NCBI GenBank assembly: GCA_046153645.1
Contig: JBJXGI010000061.1
Location: 1-56,364 of the forward strand
Reading direction: 5' to 3'
Source: Elusimicrobiota bacterium
GTDB lineage: Bacteria; Elusimicrobiota; Elusimicrobia; F11
DNA length: 56,364 bases
Position 1 is the first letter of the stretch, and every line of letters begins with the position of its first letter. Made by a program: the position numbers and the translations under genes. Of this stretch, positions 9,453 through 18,979 are shown piece after piece. Below the pieces are notes generated by a model, which worked only from the letters and a program-made list of their open reading frames with translations, was not told the origin of the DNA and ran no database searches.

Positions 9453-10358
9453 TTATTTTTTGTTCTTTTGTCGTTGTTCTAATCCATAAACCATGCCAAT
9501 AGCAACACCAATGGTTGAATAGGATCCGATGACAATTCCAAATGTCATAGCCAAGGCAAAATCAAAAATGACTTGCCCGCCGAAAAAGAGCAAACTAAGA
9601 GAAGCCAAAAGAGCTGTGAAAGAGGTATTGATAGTGCGCGCCATCGTTTCATTAATACTTCTGTTATAAATTTCTTGTGTGGATTCTTTCCGAGATGTTC
9701 TTAAATTTTCTCGAACACGGTCAAAAATAACGATGGTATCGTTAATAGAATAACCAGCTATAGTTAACAGCGCAGCTATAATAACAAGCGTCGTTTCTCG
9801 GCCGCTCAAAGTGAGAAATCCCCAAGTAATAAACACATCATGAACCAATGCCAGTACACCAGCTAAACCCCAAATCCAATTTTTAAAACGAAAAGCCACA
9901 TAAAGAATAATCATTCCCATGGAACCTAAAATGGCGAAAATAGCGTTCTTAAAAAGTTGTTTTCCCACAACAGGTCCCACATATTCAACACGATCGGGCA
10001 ATTCTTTAACATTGCCGGAAAAGACTTTCTTTAAAGAACTAATGAGTGAGGTTCCGACATCATCTTTAGAACGATCTTCTAATTTTGTTCGAATAATAAT
10101 GTTTTTATCGCTGGGCTGCGTTTGGAGAGAAAAACCGTCCCATCCGTCAGCGCTTAAGGCTTCTCGGATTTTATCAACTGGGGGCAGTTCATTAAATCCA
10201 ATTTGAAGCAAAGTCCCTCCCGTAAATTCAACTCCGAGTTTAGGTCCTTTGTTCTTAATAAAAGCGAAAACTCCAATGAGGATGAGGGCAAGAGAGAAAA
10301 AGTAAAAAATAACTCTTTTGCCAATCCAATCAAACTTCAGCTGACTAAATAATTCCAT
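9453..10358 (-). CDS. secF: Protein translocase subunit SecF
   Basis: GVEFTGGT, VGPVVG, HDV and GYSINDTIVIFDRVRE motifs. Confidence 0.97.
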   Translation of the reverse strand: MELFSQLKFDWIGKRVIFYFFSLALILIGVFAFIKNKGPKLGVEFTGGTLLQIGFNELPPVDKIREALSADGWDGFSLQTQPSDKNIIIRTKLEDRSKDDVGTSLISSLKKVFSGNVKELPDRVEYVGPVVGKQLFKNAIFAILGSMGMIILYVAFRFKNWIWGLAGVLALVHDVFITWGFLTLSGRETTLVIIAALLTIAGYSINDTIVIFDRVRENLRTSRKESTQEIYNRSINETMARTINTSFTALLASLSLLFFGGQVIFDFALAMTFGIVIGSYSTIGVAIGMVYGLEQRQKNKK

Positions 10359-10373
10359 GTTTTATCCTTTTAG

Positions 10374-11813
10374 TTAAATACTCAAAGTTTTTGGTTTTGA
10401 TATTTTAAACCAAACTTCGTAAAACGTTCTTGTAACCCAAACGGCCGTTATCATTGAAATGAGCAAACCCCAAATCAATGTCACAGCAAATCCTTTCACT
10501 GGCCCGGAACCAAATTGAAACAAAAACAAGCCTGCTAAAATGGTGGTCAAATTTCCATCCAAAATGGCGGAAAATGCTTTTGCGTAACCTTCTTCTACCG
10601 CGATTTTCACATCTTTTCCTTTTTTAAGTTCTTCGCGAATTCTTTCCAAAATAATAACGTTGGCGTCTACCGCCATGGCAAGAGAAAGAATAATACCCGC
10701 TATACCTGGCATGGTCATCGTGGCTCTCAACCATTCCATGACCGCCATGAGAACAATAAAGTTTATTAACAGGGCCAAATCAGCCAAGAACCCTGAAAAC
10801 TTATAATAAACAATCATAAAGGCAACCACGAGCAGAAATCCAATAACCATCGCCCGCATACCAGCTCGAATAGAATCTTCCCCAAGTTCCGGACCAACAA
10901 TTCTCTCTTCAACAACATGCATCGGTGCTTTCAAATTACCCGAGTTAAGAATATTCGCTAAATTTTTGGCTTCTTGGGAAGAGAACGTCCCCGTTATTTG
11001 GCCACGTCCACCTGGAATTCGGCTTTCAATTCGAGGGGCAGATTGAATGTAATTATCCAAGACAATCGCTAATCTCTCATTTAAATGAGCGGCAGTAACA
11101 GCTTCAAATATTTTTGCCCCTTCCGAATTGAGTTCAAACCCAATGGCCATTCCACTGATTTGCATTTCATTACCTAATTCAACTCGAGCTTCTTTTAAGA
11201 ATTCGCCTGTCAATTCAGCTTTATCGTTAACCAACAAATATCCGCCACCTCTTTCGGGTAAGAGAGCCAAACCAGCTGGAATTAATTTTTTAATGTCTTC
11301 AGAAAGTTTGCCCGCAGCAACATCTTGTGGCTGAACACCCTCTTTACTGAGCTGTTCTAAGATTTTAACTAGCACCGCATCATCTTTAACCATTCTAAAT
11401 TCTAATAAAGCTGTTTTTCCAATGAGTGACTTCGCATCTTCACTGGCATAAATACCAGGCAATTGTATAACGATAAATTCTTTGCCCTGGCGAGCAACAA
11501 AGGGGTTAGCCACGCCAATAGAATCAACTCGATTATTAATAACAAGAATATTTTGTTCAATGGCCTTAGTCACAGAAGCGTCGCTTAAGTCACTTAATTT
11601 GTCAGTTTCTAATTGATAAACCAAATGCACGCCCCCTTGTAAGTCAAGGCCCAAAGGAACTACTTTATCAGCTAATGGATTTTTTTTGCGCGCCTGTTCA
11701 TGACGTTGCTCTAAAGGAAGGCTGTACCATACGATGTTGGGATAGAGTTTGTATAAAGAAATCCCAAGTACAAATACGATCAAAAAAAATTTCACTAATG
11801 TTTTATTGTTCAT
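10374..11813 (-). CDS. secD: Protein translocase subunit SecD
   Basis: LGLDLQGG, AIVLD and AVDANVIILERIREE motifs. Confidence 0.97.
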   Translation of the reverse strand: MNNKTLVKFFLIVFVLGISLYKLYPNIVWYSLPLEQRHEQARKKNPLADKVVPLGLDLQGGVHLVYQLETDKLSDLSDASVTKAIEQNILVINNRVDSIGVANPFVARQGKEFIVIQLPGIYASEDAKSLIGKTALLEFRMVKDDAVLVKILEQLSKEGVQPQDVAAGKLSEDIKKLIPAGLALLPERGGGYLLVNDKAELTGEFLKEARVELGNEMQISGMAIGFELNSEGAKIFEAVTAAHLNERLAIVLDNYIQSAPRIESRIPGGRGQITGTFSSQEAKNLANILNSGNLKAPMHVVEERIVGPELGEDSIRAGMRAMVIGFLLVVAFMIVYYKFSGFLADLALLINFIVLMAVMEWLRATMTMPGIAGIILSLAMAVDANVIILERIREELKKGKDVKIAVEEGYAKAFSAILDGNLTTILAGLFLFQFGSGPVKGFAVTLIWGLLISMITAVWVTRTFYEVWFKISKPKTLSI

Positions 11814-12232
11814 TTCGTCTCCGGTACATTAGGAACAAGCTCCTGTGAAGGATCGGTGGTAAGAACTTCAACAATACCTGTCCGTACTATTTGAACTTTT
11901 GTGTCCTCACTAATTTTTAAATCGATTACTTTTGGAGAGACGTTTTGGATAATCCCAATGAGCCCCCCTGAAGTTACAATTCTGTCTCCTCTTTTAAGAT
12001 TATTCAATAGGTTTTCTCTTTCTTTGCGTTGTCTCATTTGAGGGCGAATGAGTAAAAAGTAAAAAATAGCAACCATAACCAACATCGGAGCAAATGAAAC
12101 CCAGGCTGGTGGAGGCGGCGAATTGGGATTTGAGGGTTGAGAAGCCATAGAGAAAAGAGGTGAGGTGAAGAATGTGATTACTGCAGTTAAAGAATAAAAT
12201 TGAGCTAAACCCTTAAATTGAATTAATTTCAT
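11810..12232 (-). CDS. yajC: Preprotein translocase subunit YajC
   Basis: FYFLLIRPQ and LKRGDRIVTSGGLIG motifs, directly upstream of secD. Confidence 0.93.
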   Translation of the reverse strand: MKLIQFKGLAQFYSLTAVITFFTSPLFSMASQPSNPNSPPPPAWVSFAPMLVMVAIFYFLLIRPQMRQRKERENLLNNLKRGDRIVTSGGLIGIIQNVSPKVIDLKISEDTKVQIVRTGIVEVLTTDPSQELVPNVPETK

Positions 12233-12353
12233 ATTTTTATTTTTAGAAATCTCCCTTATGCAATATAAATGATTCTATTGTTATTTTAAGACTAAAACGA
12301 GCACAATTTATACTACAGATGGGGAGTATTGGGAAGAGCCTTAAGAACAAATT

Positions 12354-12845
12354 TTATGCGGCTTTACGAGAGGATTTATCATTAGAACTTTTTTTGGGTG
12401 GTTTAAAATCAATAACATCTGTGCGTTTATCTTCACGCGTTCGCATCCCTAAACTTCCTAAAATTTGGTTCATTTTATCTTCAACTGCGCGCGTTGCAAG
12501 CTCTTCTTGCGACTTCCAAAACCGCTCGGCGGAATATCCCATTATCACCGCAAAAGCAAGAAGACGAGAAATAGCATTAACACCTTCTTTTACTGTGCCC
12601 ATAAATAATAACGCGATAACAAAACCCACGCCCGTACCTATCATAAGTCGACAAAAAAAAGTTTTCATCGGCCTATAAACTTCGCTGTAAGGGTCTAACT
12701 TCCCATCCCCTTTTCTGATTCGTGCTTTGGCAGCTATAACAGCCTGTTGAACCAAACATCCTACAGCAGAACAAATAGGAGCATATTTAAATAAGATTAA
12801 ATCATACTCGGAAGCACCCAAACGATTTAAAAGCTCGGTTATCAT
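12354..12845 (-). CDS. Hypothetical membrane protein
   Basis: 163-aa ORF with 2-3 hydrophobic segments, co-oriented with its neighbours. Confidence 0.6.
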   Translation of the reverse strand: MITELLNRLGASEYDLILFKYAPICSAVGCLVQQAVIAAKARIRKGDGKLDPYSEVYRPMKTFFCRLMIGTGVGFVIALLFMGTVKEGVNAISRLLAFAVIMGYSAERFWKSQEELATRAVEDKMNQILGSLGMRTREDKRTDVIDFKPPKKSSNDKSSRKAA

Positions 12846-12906
12846 ATTAATAAGGATAATGTGAATTTTAAGTTATTTCAACGGGAGATTAATTCGATAC
12901 GCTATT

Positions 12907-14121
12907 TCATTTCGAAACGTCCATTCTTAAGAGAGAAAGAGCCGCTCCTAAGCGGACTTTGGCATTTCCATCGGAAAGGGTTTTTAAAGCAAGAGCTTCG
13001 GCCCTTTTATCACTAATCGAAAAAAGAATCTGTGCTGCGCGAATGCGAACGTCAATATCATTTGCACTTAAGGCAGCTTCTAATGTTGTGACACCTTCAG
13101 CGTAACCTAAATAACCAAGGGCTTCGGCCGCAGCCACCTTGACAAAGAAATTCTGATCCTGAAGTTCACCTTTTAAATTGGGGGATTTATCTCTGGCTTT
13201 CATTTGTCCAAGAGAACGAGTGGCGTTTTCACGAACCAAACCATTTTCATCAGACAAAAGCGGAACCAAATAATCCTGAGCATCGGTGGCTTTAATACGA
13301 CCCAACGCACGTGCAGCAACCAATCTTATTTCAGCTTCAGAATCGCGTAACATCGCAATTAAAGGTTGAACCATTCGAGGATCTTCCATCGCTTCTAAAG
13401 CTTCACACGCTGCCAAACGAATGCCTTTATCCTGATCTTTCAGCGCACTGGCAAATACAATGGCTTCACTGGGATCACCCATCAGCGAAAGTCCAATAGC
13501 GGCACCGTCACGAACCCGACCGTCATTATCTTTCTTAGCGTTTTTTAACACTTGCATGACCATGGGGTCTTTTATTAGTCCCAAGACTTTAGCCGCTTCA
13601 CCTCGAACTCGGCCACGAGCCAAAGCTTTCATTTTAATGAGCGCCGCCAAAGAACCCTTGGCTTCTTCGGGATTGGGCCCGACATTTCCTAGGATTTCAA
13701 TGAGTGCATTTTTACCAGCCCCACTCCCTTTTCTGGCTAAACTTTTTGCCGCCCAAATTCGGACGTATTCGCTTTCGTCTTGAAGAGATGAAATGAGTGA
13801 ATTCGTTACTTCTTTATTACTAACGTACTCAAGCCCTTGAACCGACATCTCGCGAACAACCGAATCATTTGAAGTGAGAGATTCTTGAACAATACCCCAA
13901 GCTTTATTTAAGGCTTTTCGGTCTGCGGCATGAGTTATTGATGGGATAGTTAATAATAAGGCCGTCATCCCCGCGCAGGCGGGGATCCAGGCTTTAAACA
14001 TTTTTTTAAAAAAGGTTTGAGACCTGGATTCCCGCCTGCGTACCCAAAGGGTACAGTACCATCTATAATTTAAAATTATTGGTGTGGTACGCGGGAATGA
14101 CGGTCGGTTACTTCTGTTCAT
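12907..14121 (-). CDS. Exported HEAT-repeat (PBS lyase-like) protein; start uncertain (14121, 14001 or 13968)
   Basis: Repeated L.D....VR..AA..LG units and a signal-like LLLTIPSITHA segment. Confidence 0.85.
   Translation of the reverse strand: MNRSNRPSFPRTTPIILNYRWYCTLWVRRRESRSQTFFKKMFKAWIPACAGMTALLLTIPSITHAADRKALNKAWGIVQESLTSNDSVVREMSVQGLEYVSNKEVTNSLISSLQDESEYVRIWAAKSLARKGSGAGKNALIEILGNVGPNPEEAKGSLAALIKMKALARGRVRGEAAKVLGLIKDPMVMQVLKNAKKDNDGRVRDGAAIGLSLMGDPSEAIVFASALKDQDKGIRLAACEALEAMEDPRMVQPLIAMLRDSEAEIRLVAARALGRIKATDAQDYLVPLLSDENGLVRENATRSLGQMKARDKSPNLKGELQDQNFFVKVAAAEALGYLGYAEGVTTLEAALSANDIDVRIRAAQILFSISDKRAEALALKTLSDGNAKVRLGAALSLLRMDVSK
13964..14101. repeat. Inverted pair of REP-like palindromes; the second is interrupted by a nested palindromic insert
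   Basis: GTCATCCCCGCGCAGGCGGGGATCCAG (13964-13990) and CTGGATTCCCGCCTGCG[14041-14089]CGCGGGAATGAC (14024-14101). Confidence 0.88.
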
Positions 14122-15262
14122 ATGTGGAGAAGAACTCCTTTTTAGCAGATTCAAAATTTCCATTTAAAATAGAAGTACGAATTTTCTTCATGAGGTCTAA
14201 CATAAAGTATAAATTGTGAAGGGTAATTAATCGAGGGGCAAGAAGTTCGCCAGCTTTAAACAAATGGAATAAATAAGCCCTAGAATAATTTTTACAAGCT
14301 ACACATTGGCAACCTTCGTCCAAGGGGCCAAAATCAGATCGAAAAATCGAGTTGGTTATATTATACCTGCCTTTATAACTAAAAGCCTGACCATTGCGGC
14401 CATTTCTTGAAGGAAGCACGCAATCAAACATATCAACACCACGTTCTACCGCTCCCCACATATCTTCAGGTTGGCCAATTCCCATTAAATAGCGAGGACT
14501 GTTCTCAGGAATTCCAGCCAAACTGCCTTCTAAAAACTGCCACATTTCCTCTTTCGATTCGCCTACACCAAGCCCTCCAATCGCGTAACCAGGGAAACCA
14601 ATTTCAACTGTTTTTTCTGCTGATTCTTTGCGCATTTCAGGAAAACAAGCCCCTTGAGTAATTCCAAAAACAAGCGGAGGAACGCCCCGTGGTGACCACT
14701 GAGACTTATGCTCTTCGAGCCAAACCTCATATGTTTTTTTACATCTCTCCGCCCAACGAAGAGTTAAATCCATGCTTTTTCTTGCGTCCGCTTCCAATGC
14801 AGGATACGCCGGACATTCGTCCAAACACATCGCAATATCAGAACCAATATCCAATTGAAACTGTGTAGTAATTTCAGGAGATAAAAACCTCATTTGACCA
14901 TCTACGTGTGATTGAAATTCAACTCCTTTTTCACTGAGCGTACAGCGATTGGCTAAAGAAAAAACTTGGAATCCACCTGAATCAGTAAGAATTGATTTAT
15001 TCCAAGACATAAATTTATGGAGCCCACCAGCCGCTTTCAAAACTTCCTCGCCGGGCCGCAAAAAAATGTGATAGGTATTGGCCAACATGATGTTGCACAC
15101 CATTTCATTCATCTCATGAGTGCCGACGGTTTTAATACAGGCTTGGGTTCCCACCGGCATAAACACAGGCGTTTCAATGGTGGCATGACCTGTTTCTAGA
15201 ATTCCGGCGCGTGCTTTACTATTAGGAAGTTTATGTGTTATTTCAAATATATTTTTATTCAT
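14108..15262 (-). CDS. tgt: tRNA-guanine transglycosylase
   Basis: TPVFMPVGT, TDSGGFQVFSL, DMFDCV and CxCxxC...H motifs. Confidence 0.97.
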   Translation of the reverse strand: MNKNIFEITHKLPNSKARAGILETGHATIETPVFMPVGTQACIKTVGTHEMNEMVCNIMLANTYHIFLRPGEEVLKAAGGLHKFMSWNKSILTDSGGFQVFSLANRCTLSEKGVEFQSHVDGQMRFLSPEITTQFQLDIGSDIAMCLDECPAYPALEADARKSMDLTLRWAERCKKTYEVWLEEHKSQWSPRGVPPLVFGITQGACFPEMRKESAEKTVEIGFPGYAIGGLGVGESKEEMWQFLEGSLAGIPENSPRYLMGIGQPEDMWGAVERGVDMFDCVLPSRNGRNGQAFSYKGRYNITNSIFRSDFGPLDEGCQCVACKNYSRAYLFHLFKAGELLAPRLITLHNLYFMLDLMKKIRTSILNGNFESAKKEFFSTYEQK

Positions 15263-15274
15263 ATTTTTTAGAAT

Positions 15275-15307
15275 ATTCCTCCCCACTGAAAAAACGTGGG
15301 GAGGAAT
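15275..15307. repeat. Hairpin repeat (12-bp stem, loop TGAAAAAAC)
   Basis: ATTCCTCCCCAC/GTGGGGAGGAAT, the same family as 23884-23910 and 24464-24490. Confidence 0.75.
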
Positions 15308-15310
15308 TTA

Positions 15311-16357
15311 TTACAAAATAATCATTCCATCTCCATAGGAAAAAAATCGATATTTTTTCTGAATCGCTTCTTCATAAGCTTTTTCAAGTAATCGCAAACC
15401 AGAAAATGCGGCCGTTAAAGACACGGGCGTTGAACGCGGCACATGAAAATTTGTAATCAGTGCATCTACCCATTTAAACTGATACCCAGGTCTTATAAAA
15501 ATAGAGGTCCCTCGTTTCAAAGTTTGCGAATTCTCACTAAAGGACAACGATTCTAATGTTCGAGTGCTGGTCGTTCCAACAGAAATAATTCTTTTTCCTT
15601 CTCTTTTTGCGTTTTTAAGAAATTCATAATCTTCAAAGGAAACCTCAAAAATCTCTTCTGGCATTTTATGGTCTTGAACATTTCCTGCCAAGGGTTTAAA
15701 GGTTCCCCATCCCACATGGAGCAATACCTCAATACAAACGGCCCCTTTCTTTTTTATTTTTGAAATGAGGTCTTCGGTAAAATGAAGCCCAGCTGTGGGA
15801 GCGGCCACACTCCCTTCATTTTTGGCGTAAACCGTTTGATAATAAATTCTATCTTTGGCATCTTGGGTTTTATTTCCTTCTCTCTTTATATAAGGAGGAA
15901 GAGGAATACGACCATTTTTCTGCATCTCTTCAAATAAATTACCTTCTTTAAACTGAACCAAATACTCACCATCAGAAGCTCGACCTACCACTTTGGCATT
16001 TAAATGCCCAGCCAATTTAAATTCTTGTCCTTCTTTAACGGTAGGACGAAGAAGTGAAACCCATACTTGAGGATCAGCCGTGGGCGCAATTAAAATAGCC
16101 GTTACTTTTCCTCCGGTTGGTTTTTCGCCTTCTAACTTAGCCTGGTTTACCTTGGCATTATTAAAAACGAAAACATCATTTTCAGAAACGTAATCGGGTA
16201 AATCAGAAAACTTTTTATGTTCAATTTGATTTGATTTTCTGTGTAAGACCATCATACGCGCGTCGTCCCTTTTTTCTAAAGGCTCTTGCGCAATGAGTTC
16301 AGGGGGGAGGTCAAAATCCAGCGTATCAGGATTGATGTGAAAATTTTCTTTTAACAT
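15311..16357 (-). CDS. queA: S-adenosylmethionine:tRNA ribosyltransferase-isomerase
   Basis: LPPYIKR, YQTVYA, AAPTAGLHF, TNFH and YRFFSYGDGM motifs. Confidence 0.97.
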   Translation of the reverse strand: MLKENFHINPDTLDFDLPPELIAQEPLEKRDDARMMVLHRKSNQIEHKKFSDLPDYVSENDVFVFNNAKVNQAKLEGEKPTGGKVTAILIAPTADPQVWVSLLRPTVKEGQEFKLAGHLNAKVVGRASDGEYLVQFKEGNLFEEMQKNGRIPLPPYIKREGNKTQDAKDRIYYQTVYAKNEGSVAAPTAGLHFTEDLISKIKKKGAVCIEVLLHVGWGTFKPLAGNVQDHKMPEEIFEVSFEDYEFLKNAKREGKRIISVGTTSTRTLESLSFSENSQTLKRGTSIFIRPGYQFKWVDALITNFHVPRSTPVSLTAAFSGLRLLEKAYEEAIQKKYRFFSYGDGMIIL

Positions 16358-16369
16358 TTATTTCCTTCT

Positions 16370-16468
16370 CCCTCTCCTCCCACACAAGTGGGAGGAGAGG
16401 GTTGGGGTGAGGAGGGGTTTACACCCTTATTCTGCCCTCACCCTAGCCCTCTCCCGGAGGGAGAGGGG
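16370..16468. repeat. Inverted pair of CCCTCTCC...GGAGAGGG-type palindromic repeats
   Basis: CCCTCTCCTCCCAC-ACAA-GTGGGAGGAGAGGGTTGGGGTGAGG and CCCTCACCCTAGCCCTCTCCCGGAGGGAGAGGG, intergenic between rlmI and queA. Confidence 0.8.
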
Positions 16469-16474
16469 AATTTT

Positions 16475-17686
16475 TTAATTTAGTTTTTCTAAGGCAACTG
16501 TTTTTAAGTAATGGGTTTCGGGCATTGAAAGTAAGATGGGGTGATCTTTGGCTTGAGTTCCTAGTCCCACAACATGGGCAATTCCCCCTTCTCGTGAAAT
16601 AGCCGTTTGTAAACTGTCCAAAAACTCTAGCGGGTTCATATGATAACTACAACTGCTGGCAATGAGCGTGCCTCCTACTTTTAACCTTTTCCATGCCGCT
16701 CGATTTAATTTTTCATAACCCATTCGACCCTGATGAAGGTCTTTTTTAGATTTAATAAAGGCAGGTGGGTCAGAAATAACAAGGTCATAAGTATTTTCAT
16801 CTTCTTCCAAAAATTTAAAAACATCAGAAGCTTCAATTTTATATTGAGCTGCTTTTAGCTCATTTAATTTAGCTCCTTTTTCTACCAACTCAAGAGCCGG
16901 TTTACTCACATCCACAAAAGTAACATGGGAAGCGCCATTAACGAGCGCTTTTAAGCCCCACCCACCGGAATAACAAAACAGATCAAGCACTTTTTTGTAT
17001 TTTCTTCGCTGGATAATATCCGTCATCATATCTCGGTTATCTCCGTGATCTAAGAAAAACCCTGTTTTCTGGCCGTCGACAAAATTAGCCGCATATAAAA
17101 CGCCTCGAGATGAAAACGAATCATCTTTTAATTTATCTTCTTTCCCCTGTACCACTTCACTGAAATTCTCAATTCCTTCAAGAGCGCGAATCCCTGAATC
17201 AGCTCGAACAACAAATGAAACTTTTTCAACTCCAAAAGTCTTTTCAAAGAGTGGCGGAATGATTTTTTTTAGAGTGGGCAATAACTTGTCGACCCCAGCG
17301 GTGTTACTTTGCAAAATTAATGTTCCTCCGCCTTTTTTCCCAAACCAATCGAGAATAAGACCGGGGATAAAATCCCCCTCAGAAAAGATGAGTCGAAAAG
17401 AATCTTTTACTTTGAAATAAGAACGACGAGCAAAAGCCTCTGTTATTTTTTGTGAAAGGATATCTTCTGCAGAAGCGTTGGGGTCAGTAGAAACCACACG
17501 TCCTGCAATTAATGAGTGCTTATTAAAATAACCTTGCGCCACAACTCTGTTTTGAAAATGAAATTGGCACCATGTTCCAGGCTCCAGTTGGAGACCTCTT
17601 GATTTAATTTCATTGGAATAAATCCATAAAATGCCACCCAGAATACGGTCATAAGCTCGTCTTGATATTTCAATTTGAGGAATCAT
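16475..17686 (-). CDS. rlmI: RlmI-family class I SAM-dependent rRNA methyltransferase
   Basis: PUA-like N-terminus; GQKTGFFLD, VLDLFCYSGG, DPPAF, SSCS, DHP and YLK motifs. Start coupled to the upstream stop (TAATG). Confidence 0.85.
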   Translation of the reverse strand: MIPQIEISRRAYDRILGGILWIYSNEIKSRGLQLEPGTWCQFHFQNRVVAQGYFNKHSLIAGRVVSTDPNASAEDILSQKITEAFARRSYFKVKDSFRLIFSEGDFIPGLILDWFGKKGGGTLILQSNTAGVDKLLPTLKKIIPPLFEKTFGVEKVSFVVRADSGIRALEGIENFSEVVQGKEDKLKDDSFSSRGVLYAANFVDGQKTGFFLDHGDNRDMMTDIIQRRKYKKVLDLFCYSGGWGLKALVNGASHVTFVDVSKPALELVEKGAKLNELKAAQYKIEASDVFKFLEEDENTYDLVISDPPAFIKSKKDLHQGRMGYEKLNRAAWKRLKVGGTLIASSCSYHMNPLEFLDSLQTAISREGGIAHVVGLGTQAKDHPILLSMPETHYLKTVALEKLN

Positions 17687-18966
17687 TAACTGCGTCTCCA
17701 TTTCCCCAAATGAGTTCCTGGGTAGTAAAACTTTAAAATTTGTTCGTAGTTTCGCTCTTCTTCTGCTTGGCCTTTCGCGCCCCACTGACACATACCAACA
17801 CCGTGTCCCCAACCTTTTCCTTCAAATTCATATCCATCTTGGATCTGTTTTAAGCGGGTCCAAAGTGTACTGCGAATTTTTTCTGGATGAAGCGCCAAAC
17901 GAAATTCATTTCCCAACATCGAATAAGACCCTTCATCAGTTGTGACACTCACTCGTTCGGCACGACCCGATGCGCTTTTTTTAGCAATCTTAAGCGATTT
18001 AAGAGAATGACCTTTCACTTTGGTTTTGGCTTTGAGCAATTTCAATATATCGGCATCTGTAAAACTGATTTTCCAGTTATAACGAGGGTTTTTAGAACAG
18101 TATCTACACCGAATGCTTTGTAAATAAGGTTTACTGGTTTGCCCCCAAACAGGGCCAATAGCTTCGGTGACGCCTCCACAATGAGAAAAGAAAAAAGCGC
18201 CGACAGGTTTACCTTCGTATAATAAAATCTGATCACTGGTTTCGTCCACCGCCTTATTGGTTCTGGGATCTTCTTTGGCAGTTCCACCAAACACTTGGCA
18301 ATGAACCTCGGAGCACAAATCAAACCCTTGGTCCGAGTGCCGCCCCAAATGAGACGCTAAATAAGTTCGACTGGCCACAGCTTGCACTTTAAGCGCTTCA
18401 GCCGGCCACGTAATAATGACTTCTCTCGGGAGAACTCCTTTTAAATATTCATCAATTCCTAACTCATTAATAACTGAAAATGATGAATCTGAATTAGCAA
18501 CAACAATAATATCACCACGATAAGTTAAACCTTTAACTTCAATTGTTTCTGAACTATCAATCAAGTGAATACGAATTTTATTTCCAAATTCACGGTGATC
18601 AATTGAAATTTTCTTATCATCTATTTCAACGAGATATTTCCCAGCATCGAATTCTTTTTTAAGTGTAGGACCGTAAACAATAAACGGTTCAGGACAGACC
18701 ACTTCGACAGAAGATAAACCCGCACGAATTCCGATGCGCACTTTGCTCCCCGTACTCATAGCCGCTTTTGGTTTTTCAACGTCTACAGGTTTAGGAACTT
18801 CAACAACAGGCGGCGGTGTTTGTGATTGAGGCGGACGAACAATGGGTTTTATGGGGGCGCAAGCAGACGCAAATAGTAATAAAACACTTAGTAACCCCGT
18901 CATTCCGGCATGTCTTAAGCCGGGATGACGAATGATTGTCATCTTGAACGAAGTGAAAGATCTCAT
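17686..18966 (-). CDS. SpoIID/LytB-domain lipoprotein; start uncertain (18966, 18942 or 18903)
   Basis: YRG, EYLKGV..E, ALKVQAVASRTY and GWGHGVGMCQWGA motifs, with lipobox-like FASAC. Confidence 0.9.
   Translation of the reverse strand: MRSFTSFKMTIIRHPGLRHAGMTGLLSVLLLFASACAPIKPIVRPPQSQTPPPVVEVPKPVDVEKPKAAMSTGSKVRIGIRAGLSSVEVVCPEPFIVYGPTLKKEFDAGKYLVEIDDKKISIDHREFGNKIRIHLIDSSETIEVKGLTYRGDIIVVANSDSSFSVINELGIDEYLKGVLPREVIITWPAEALKVQAVASRTYLASHLGRHSDQGFDLCSEVHCQVFGGTAKEDPRTNKAVDETSDQILLYEGKPVGAFFFSHCGGVTEAIGPVWGQTSKPYLQSIRCRYCSKNPRYNWKISFTDADILKLLKAKTKVKGHSLKSLKIAKKSASGRAERVSVTTDEGSYSMLGNEFRLALHPEKIRSTLWTRLKQIQDGYEFEGKGWGHGVGMCQWGAKGQAEEERNYEQILKFYYPGTHLGKWRRS
18899..18964. repeat. Two REP-like palindromes in the 5' end of the spoIID-like gene
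   Basis: GTCATTCCGGC-ATGTCTTAA-GCCGGGATGAC (18899-18929) and TGTCATCTTGAACGAAGTGAAAGATCTC (18937-18964). Confidence 0.7.
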
Positions 18967-18979
18967 AAATAAAAAAATT

